A stretch of 64,000 nt of DNA, taken from positions 17,029 through 81,028 of the forward strand of contig JAKZMJ010000023.1 of assembly GCA_030491005.1 (NCBI GenBank), given 5' to 3'. Source of the DNA: Sulfurospirillum sp. (GTDB lineage Bacteria; Campylobacterota; Campylobacteria; Campylobacterales; Arcobacteraceae). Positions 58,483 to 64,000 of this stretch are shown piece by piece. The translations under genes were made by a program, and so were the position numbers. Below the pieces are notes generated by a model. That model did no database searches and was not told the origin of the DNA. It worked only from the letters and a program-made list of their open reading frames with translations. Numbering within the stretch: the first letter of the stretch is position 1; every line of letters starts with the position of its first letter.

Positions 58483-61353
58483 ATTAAGTTTACTCAATAC
58501 CACTCAAAATATTATGCTGAAATATTAACACTTCAAAACAGTGCTAATTCTATTGATAGATTATCTCAGTCAATTTTCAATGCTCAAATAGACTTGAACC
58601 CTCATCAAGTTGAAGCAGCTCTATTTGCTTTTAAGTCGCCTTTGTCAAGTGGTGTTATATTAGCTGATGAAGTTGGTCTTGGTAAAACTATTGAAGCTGG
58701 TCTTGTTCTTACTCAGTATTGGAGTGAGGGAAAAAGGAAGATACTTATCATCGCACCATCAAGTCTTAGAAAACAGTGGTCTATGGAGTTAAAGGAGAAG
58801 TTCTTTTTAGATAGTTTTATTTTAGATGGGAAGAGTTACAAAGAAGAAATCAAAAGGGGTAATAAAAATCCATTTGAGCAAAAAGGTAAAATAGTTATCA
58901 CTTCTTATCAGTTTGCTTCAAGATATAGTGAAGCTATGTTTTTAGTTGATTTTCACTTGTCAGTCATAGATGAAGCTCACAAGATGAGAAACTTCCACAA
59001 AGGTGAAAAAGCAAAAATGTCATTTGCTATTGCTAATGCTCTAAGAGAAACTAAAAAGATTTTACTTACAGCAACTCCACTTCAAAACTCTTTACTTGAA
59101 ATCTTTGGTCTTGTAAGTGTTATAGATGATTTTGTATTTGGAGATAAGAAGTCTTTTCAAAAACAGTTCTCATCAACTACCTTAACTACAAGTGATATGA
59201 ACGACCTCAAAGAGAGACTAAAACCAATAGTAAAAAGAACTCTTAGAAAAGATGTTATTGAGTATATTAACTACACTAAAAGAATACCAATAGTTGAAGA
59301 ATTTACACCATCAACAGATGAAATTGCTCTTTATGATTTAATCTCTGATTTTATGCTAAATGAAGATTTATACTCTATCCCCAAAGCTCAAAGAATACTT
59401 ATCACTTTAGTGCTTAGGAAGCTACTTGCTTCATCTACAAGTGCCATAATGGGAACTCTAGGAACACTTATTAAACGACTAAAAAAAATGGTCGTTCTAA
59501 AAAGAATAACTAGGGAAGATTTAGAACTTATAATTGATGATGAAGATGAGTTAATAGAAGATTATCTTGAAGAAGAAAATGATACACCAAGCGATACACC
59601 ATTTCAAGAAGTTAGATTATTAGATGATGATATTGAAGCTATTGAAAGGGAAATAGGAGAGCTTGAAATATTTATAGAGTTAGCAAAAACCATAGAGATA
59701 GATACTAAAGCTTCATCACTTTTAAGTGCTTTAACTAAAGGTTTTGAACAACAAATTAAGTTAGGGGTAAAAGACCAAAAGGCTATTATATTTACAGAGA
59801 GTAGAAGAACACAACAGTTTCTATTTGACTACCTTAGCGATAATGGATTTCTTGATAAAGTTGTATTGTTCAATGGAACAAACACAGACCCAAAATCAAA
59901 AGAGATATATAAAGCTTGGGCAGAACTGTATAAAGATAGCAATAGAGCAACTGGAGCTAAAAGTGCTGATATGAAACAAGCCATAGTAGATTATTTCGCT
60001 AGAGATGCTTCTATTATGATAGCGACTGAAGCAGGAAGTGAGGGTATAAATTTACAGTTTTGTAATATGCTTATCAACTATGACCTACCTTGGAACCCAC
60101 AACGAATAGAGCAAAGAATAGGTAGAGTTCATAGATATGGACAAAAGTTTGATGTAGTAGTTATCAACTTCTTAAATAAGAAAAATGCCGCGGATAGAAG
60201 AGTATATGAGCTTTTATCAAGTAAGTTCAATCTATTTGAGGGTGTATTTGGTGCTTCTGATGAAGTGCTTGGAAGCATAGAAAGTGGTGTTGATTTTGAG
60301 AAGCGAATACTTGACATATACCAAACTTGTAGAGATGATAAAAGCATAGAAGAAGCATTTAATGATTTACAAGAAGAGTTTAGTGAGAAGATAAAAGAAA
60401 CAACTATTAGGACAAGACAATCACTCTTAGATAACTTTGATGAAGATGTTCATTTAAGACTAAAAGATACGGCACTAAGAAGCAATAAAACAGTAGATAG
60501 ATTTTCAAGTGTATTTTGGGATATAACAAAAGCAGAATTAAATGATAAAGCTATATTTGATGATGATAAAAAAGAGTTTGATTATCAAGGTAATCACTAC
60601 CAACTTATATCAGCTTCAAAAACAAATCCAAATCAAAAGGCTCATACTTATAGACTAAATAGCCAACTTGGAGAAGAAGTCATTAATAGAGCTAAACAAA
60701 GAGAGCTAAAGCAAACTAAACTTATCTTTGACCTTACACACAACAAATACAAAATATCGCTTCTTGATGACTACAAAGGTAAAAGAGGTTTTCTAAAAGC
60801 TACTAAAGTATCTATCAAGTCTTATGATTTAGAAGAGTATGTAATCATTACAGCACTTACAAGCGATTATAAACTACTTAATGAAGAAGTTGCTTCAAAG
60901 CTACTATCTCTTGAAGCTACACTCAACACTAAGGTTAATATTGACACTAACGATACTGAAAAGTTAGAGTATGAATACCTTAAGCAAAAAGATATAATAC
61001 TTAGAGAAAATGAAACTACAAATCAATCTCACTTCTTAAATCAAAGTATAAAATTAGAGAAGTGGTCAGAAGATAAATCAGCAAGTGCGAACAAAGAACT
61101 AAAAGATACAAACTCAAAAATAAAAGAGCTTAATCGCCAAAGTCGTGCTATTACAAACATAGCAGAACAAACAGACATACAACTTCAAATACAAGCTCAA
61201 GAGAGAAAGAAAAGAAAACTACAAAGAAGTATTTTTGATATTTTAGATGAGATAGATGAGCAAAGAGATAAGTTGATAGAAGAACTGAAAAAAGCAAAAG
61301 AACAGAAGATTACAACAAATGAATTATTTACAATACAATGGGAAATTATATAA
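58483..61353 (+). CDS. SNF2/Rad54-family helicase (DrmD-like) with long C-terminal extension
   Basis: 'LADEVGLGKTIEAG', 'DEAHKMRN', 'TATPLQNS', 'QRIGRVHRYGQ'. The frame is open from 58465 and the conserved-looking 'KFTQYHSKYYAEILT' precedes the track's TTG start, so the start is proposed at ATT 58483 (see findings). Confidence 0.85.
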   Translation: MKFTQYHSKYYAEILTLQNSANSIDRLSQSIFNAQIDLNPHQVEAALFAFKSPLSSGVILADEVGLGKTIEAGLVLTQYWSEGKRKILIIAPSSLRKQWSMELKEKFFLDSFILDGKSYKEEIKRGNKNPFEQKGKIVITSYQFASRYSEAMFLVDFHLSVIDEAHKMRNFHKGEKAKMSFAIANALRETKKILLTATPLQNSLLEIFGLVSVIDDFVFGDKKSFQKQFSSTTLTTSDMNDLKERLKPIVKRTLRKDVIEYINYTKRIPIVEEFTPSTDEIALYDLISDFMLNEDLYSIPKAQRILITLVLRKLLASSTSAIMGTLGTLIKRLKKMVVLKRITREDLELIIDDEDELIEDYLEEENDTPSDTPFQEVRLLDDDIEAIEREIGELEIFIELAKTIEIDTKASSLLSALTKGFEQQIKLGVKDQKAIIFTESRRTQQFLFDYLSDNGFLDKVVLFNGTNTDPKSKEIYKAWAELYKDSNRATGAKSADMKQAIVDYFARDASIMIATEAGSEGINLQFCNMLINYDLPWNPQRIEQRIGRVHRYGQKFDVVVINFLNKKNAADRRVYELLSSKFNLFEGVFGASDEVLGSIESGVDFEKRILDIYQTCRDDKSIEEAFNDLQEEFSEKIKETTIRTRQSLLDNFDEDVHLRLKDTALRSNKTVDRFSSVFWDITKAELNDKAIFDDDKKEFDYQGNHYQLISASKTNPNQKAHTYRLNSQLGEEVINRAKQRELKQTKLIFDLTHNKYKISLLDDYKGKRGFLKATKVSIKSYDLEEYVIITALTSDYKLLNEEVASKLLSLEATLNTKVNIDTNDTEKLEYEYLKQKDIILRENETTNQSHFLNQSIKLEKWSEDKSASANKELKDTNSKIKELNRQSRAITNIAEQTDIQLQIQAQERKKRKLQRSIFDILDEIDEQRDKLIEELKKAKEQKITTNELFTIQWEII

Positions 61354-61760
61354 TGCAAAAATTTGATGACTGGAATGAAGTTAAGAAAGTAGCTCACACA
61401 AAAGAAAGAAGATTAGACATTAAACCACGAGAGGTATTTTGGGTAAAAATAGGTCAAAATATTGGAGATGAAGAGTATGGAAAGGGTCAAAACTTCACAC
61501 GACCCGTTATAGTTATACGACAACTAAGCAGAGACTTATTTCTTGGTGTTCCTACCACAACAACACTCAAAGATAATGACTATTTTCATCTGTTTGAATA
61601 TACTAATAAACAAAGAGGCGATATTCAAAATAGTGCTATGATTTTACAACTAAAAGTTTTTAGCAAAAAAAGACTTATGAATAAAATCGGAACTATAAAC
61701 AAAAATGATTTTGAAGAAGTATTAACAAAGGCAAGAAAATTGTTGATTAGCCCCATCTGA
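61353..61760 (+). CDS. PemK/MazF-fold toxin-like protein
   Basis: 'FDDWNEVKK..REVFWVKIGQNIGDEEYGKGQNFTRPVIVIRQ..FLGVPTTT..SAMILQLKVFSKKRL'. The ATG overlaps the helicase stop (TAATG). Confidence 0.65.
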   Translation: MQKFDDWNEVKKVAHTKERRLDIKPREVFWVKIGQNIGDEEYGKGQNFTRPVIVIRQLSRDLFLGVPTTTTLKDNDYFHLFEYTNKQRGDIQNSAMILQLKVFSKKRLMNKIGTINKNDFEEVLTKARKLLISPI

Positions 61761-61833
61761 AAGATGGGTGTTCCCGAAGGATAATTGTAAGAGCATTATA
61801 CAATAAAATGAATAAAACATCAAGAGGCAAAAA

Positions 61834-64000
61834 ATGAGTAAAACTGAAAATCAAAAAAAACTACTAAAAATACTTAACGAAATATTTCAACTTGACCAAA
61901 GTGATTTAGACTTTGGTATCTACCGTATTATGAATACTAAGAACCAAGAGATAAATGAGTTCTTAGATAAAGACCTAATATCAAGTGTAGCAAAAGCTTT
62001 TTCTAAAAGTGAAAATGAAGCAGAACAAAATGAATTAGATGAGTTAAAATCCAAGGACACCGTGTTAGGATATATCAATGGAGATGAAAGCACTAAAAAA
62101 GCATTTGAAAATCTTGATGATGTTAAAAGGTATATATTACTAAATGAAAAACTCTCTACAGCTACAACTTCTTCTAATCTTGAAAACGATGTATTTTCAC
62201 ACTTAGCTAACTTCTTTAAGAGATACTATAAAGATGGAGATTTTGTAAGTCTTAGAAGATATAAAAAAGATACTTATGCCATACCTTACGAGGGAGAAGA
62301 GGTAAAACTTCACTGGGCGAACAGCGACCAATACTATATAAAAAGTGGAGAGTATTTTAGAGATTATACTTTTACGGTAAATGACAAAACTATACACCTA
62401 AAACTTAGTGATGCTCAAACACAGAGTAATAATAACAAAGATACAAGTGATAAAGAGAGAAGATTTGTAATCTTAGAAAGTAACCCTTGTGAAGTAATAG
62501 AAGATGAGCTATATATAAACTTTGAGTATAAAGCCATAGGCAAAGAGAAGCAAGACAAACTAAATGAAGAAGCGATAGCTAAAGCACTTGAGAGCATAGA
62601 AGATTTAGAATTTCTAACAGCACTGAATGACTTAGCACCAACAGAAAAAAATAAAAAAAGAACCATATTTGAAAAGCACTTAAAAAGTTATACAAGTAGA
62701 AACTCTTTTGACTACTTTATACATAAAGATTTAGGTGGATTTTTAGGTAGAGAATTAGACTTCTATATCAAAAATGAAATACTATTTTTAGATGATATTA
62801 TGGATAGTCCTATCAAATATGATGAGGTGATGGGTAAGATTAAAATCTTTAAAGAAGTGGCTCAAAAAATTATTGATTTTGTAACTCAACTTGAAGAACT
62901 TCAAAAGAAACTATGGGAGAAGAAAAAGTTTATCATAGAAACTAACTACTGTATTACTCTTGATAGAATTGATGAAAATTACTATGAAGAAATTTTTGCT
63001 TGTGATGAGCAAAAAGCAGAGTGGAAAACTCTTTTTGATGTAGATGTTCAAAGTGTTGATGACTTAAAAGAAGAAAAGTATTTAATTTTAGATACTAAAT
63101 TTTTTGATATGAAATTTAAGTATAAACTTTTAAGTGAATTTGATAACCTTGATGAAAATATAGATGGAGTGCTTATTAACAGTGAAAACTTTGGAGCATT
63201 AAATCTTCTTCAAAGTAGATATAAAGAGCAAATTAAAACTGTATATATTGATCCACCATACAACACAGGAAACGATGGTTTTTTATATAATGATAATTAT
63301 CAGCATAGTTCTTGGATGAGTTTTATGTATGATAGAGCCGACATTACAAAAAATTTATTAACAGATAATAGTATTATATTTAATAGTATTAATGACAATG
63401 AAGTAAATAATTTAACCTTATTAAATAAAGGTATATATGGTTCAGATAATTATGTATCAACATTTATATGGAATTCATCTACAGCAGGTGGTATTAGACC
63501 TAAGTTTGTAAGCCAAACACACGAATATACATTATGTTTTGCTAAAAACATATTAACATTAGATACATTCTATGTACCACTAAGTAAAGCTGCCATCAAA
63601 CAATATAATAAGAAAGATGAGAATGGAATATATAGGGAAAAAGATTTTGCTTGGAAGAATAATTCAAATGGTGAAAATCAAAAATATTTAATAGAGTGTC
63701 CTAACGGTGACTTTGTAATGCCTAAAAAAGGTTACTTATTTAGATTTATTAGAGAAACTTTTAGTAAAAATTTAGCTGAAAATTATGTTGTTTTCAAAGA
63801 GACAAAAACAAGTCCATTAGTAGATAAAGAAGGCAATCAAGCTAAATGGAATATATATATAAAAAAATACTTAGGTAGTGGATTAGGGGCACCTTCTTCT
63901 CTTTTGCCAAAAGATGATGTTGGAATTTCAAATCAGGGAACTGCTTTAATACAAGATATGTTCAATGATAGAGTGTTCCAAAATCCAAAATCTATTAATT
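61834..64000 (+). CDS. Large N6-adenine (beta-class, DPPY) DNA methyltransferase, 3' end outside the window
   Basis: I translated this frame by hand: it is open from ATG 61834 to the window end (>722 codons). N-terminal 'LDFGIYRIMN'. Motif IV 'KTVYIDPPYNTGNDGFLYND'. Absent from the ORF track because there is no stop in the window. Confidence 0.8.
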   Translation, partial: MSKTENQKKLLKILNEIFQLDQSDLDFGIYRIMNTKNQEINEFLDKDLISSVAKAFSKSENEAEQNELDELKSKDTVLGYINGDESTKKAFENLDDVKRYILLNEKLSTATTSSNLENDVFSHLANFFKRYYKDGDFVSLRRYKKDTYAIPYEGEEVKLHWANSDQYYIKSGEYFRDYTFTVNDKTIHLKLSDAQTQSNNNKDTSDKERRFVILESNPCEVIEDELYINFEYKAIGKEKQDKLNEEAIAKALESIEDLEFLTALNDLAPTEKNKKRTIFEKHLKSYTSRNSFDYFIHKDLGGFLGRELDFYIKNEILFLDDIMDSPIKYDEVMGKIKIFKEVAQKIIDFVTQLEELQKKLWEKKKFIIETNYCITLDRIDENYYEEIFACDEQKAEWKTLFDVDVQSVDDLKEEKYLILDTKFFDMKFKYKLLSEFDNLDENIDGVLINSENFGALNLLQSRYKEQIKTVYIDPPYNTGNDGFLYNDNYQHSSWMSFMYDRADITKNLLTDNSIIFNSINDNEVNNLTLLNKGIYGSDNYVSTFIWNSSTAGGIRPKFVSQTHEYTLCFAKNILTLDTFYVPLSKAAIKQYNKKDENGIYREKDFAWKNNSNGENQKYLIECPNGDFVMPKKGYLFRFIRETFSKNLAENYVVFKETKTSPLVDKEGNQAKWNIYIKKYLGSGLGAPSSLLPKDDVGISNQGTALIQDMFNDRVFQNPKSIN

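Overview
AT-rich chromosomal segment. Gene content (napAGHBF, Campylobacter-type fucose genes, FIST kinase) suggests Campylobacterota, probably Arcobacteraceae-like; that is inference only. All calls come from reading the ORF track and DNA by eye and from remembered family motifs. No searches were run.

Layout:
- 1-146: the 3' end of one tRNA plus tRNA-Ser(UGA).
- ~150-13,550: a decayed mobile island. It holds two relics of a zinc-ribbon transposase gene, one IS5-family IS, and three copies of integron-integrase (intI) sequence. One intI copy is full length but carries two nonsense codons. The island also holds a Y1-transposase (RAYT-like) element with 24-bp terminal inverted repeats, at least three 195-bp MITE derivatives of it, and orphan genes. 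The orphans include an operon AraC / EamA / ArgG-like::PF10014-dioxygenase fusion and an ankyrin protein with Cys-rich 22-aa repeats.
- 13.5-29.6 kb: core genes. These are glnK-amt, a truncated EBP-like regulator, napAGHBF behind a perfect FNR-type box, TetR/GNAT, ABC-F, yqeY, a GGDEF protein and purL.
- 29.8-40.9 kb: a complete non-phosphorylative L-fucose-type pathway with an ABC importer.
- 41-42.2 kb: small accessory genes (DUF4160/DUF2442, Sel1-like).
- 42.5-49.8 kb: sulfur assimilation (metY, rrf2, cysK, DUF2061, cysH, cysDN, PLP enzyme).
- 49.9-53.7 kb: FIST histidine kinase / response regulator / short AMP-ligase.
- 53.9-58.3 kb: two DUF1566 proteins, rsmG, small ORFs, glyS.
- 58.5-64.0 kb: start of a defence locus (SNF2 helicase, embedded MazF/PemK-fold gene, large adenine methyltransferase) that runs off the window.

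No rRNA and no CRISPR array were seen. The best candidates for something undescribed are the SNF2-MazF-methylase locus, the ArgG-like::dioxygenase operon, and the Y1-transposase/MITE family together with the decayed integron.
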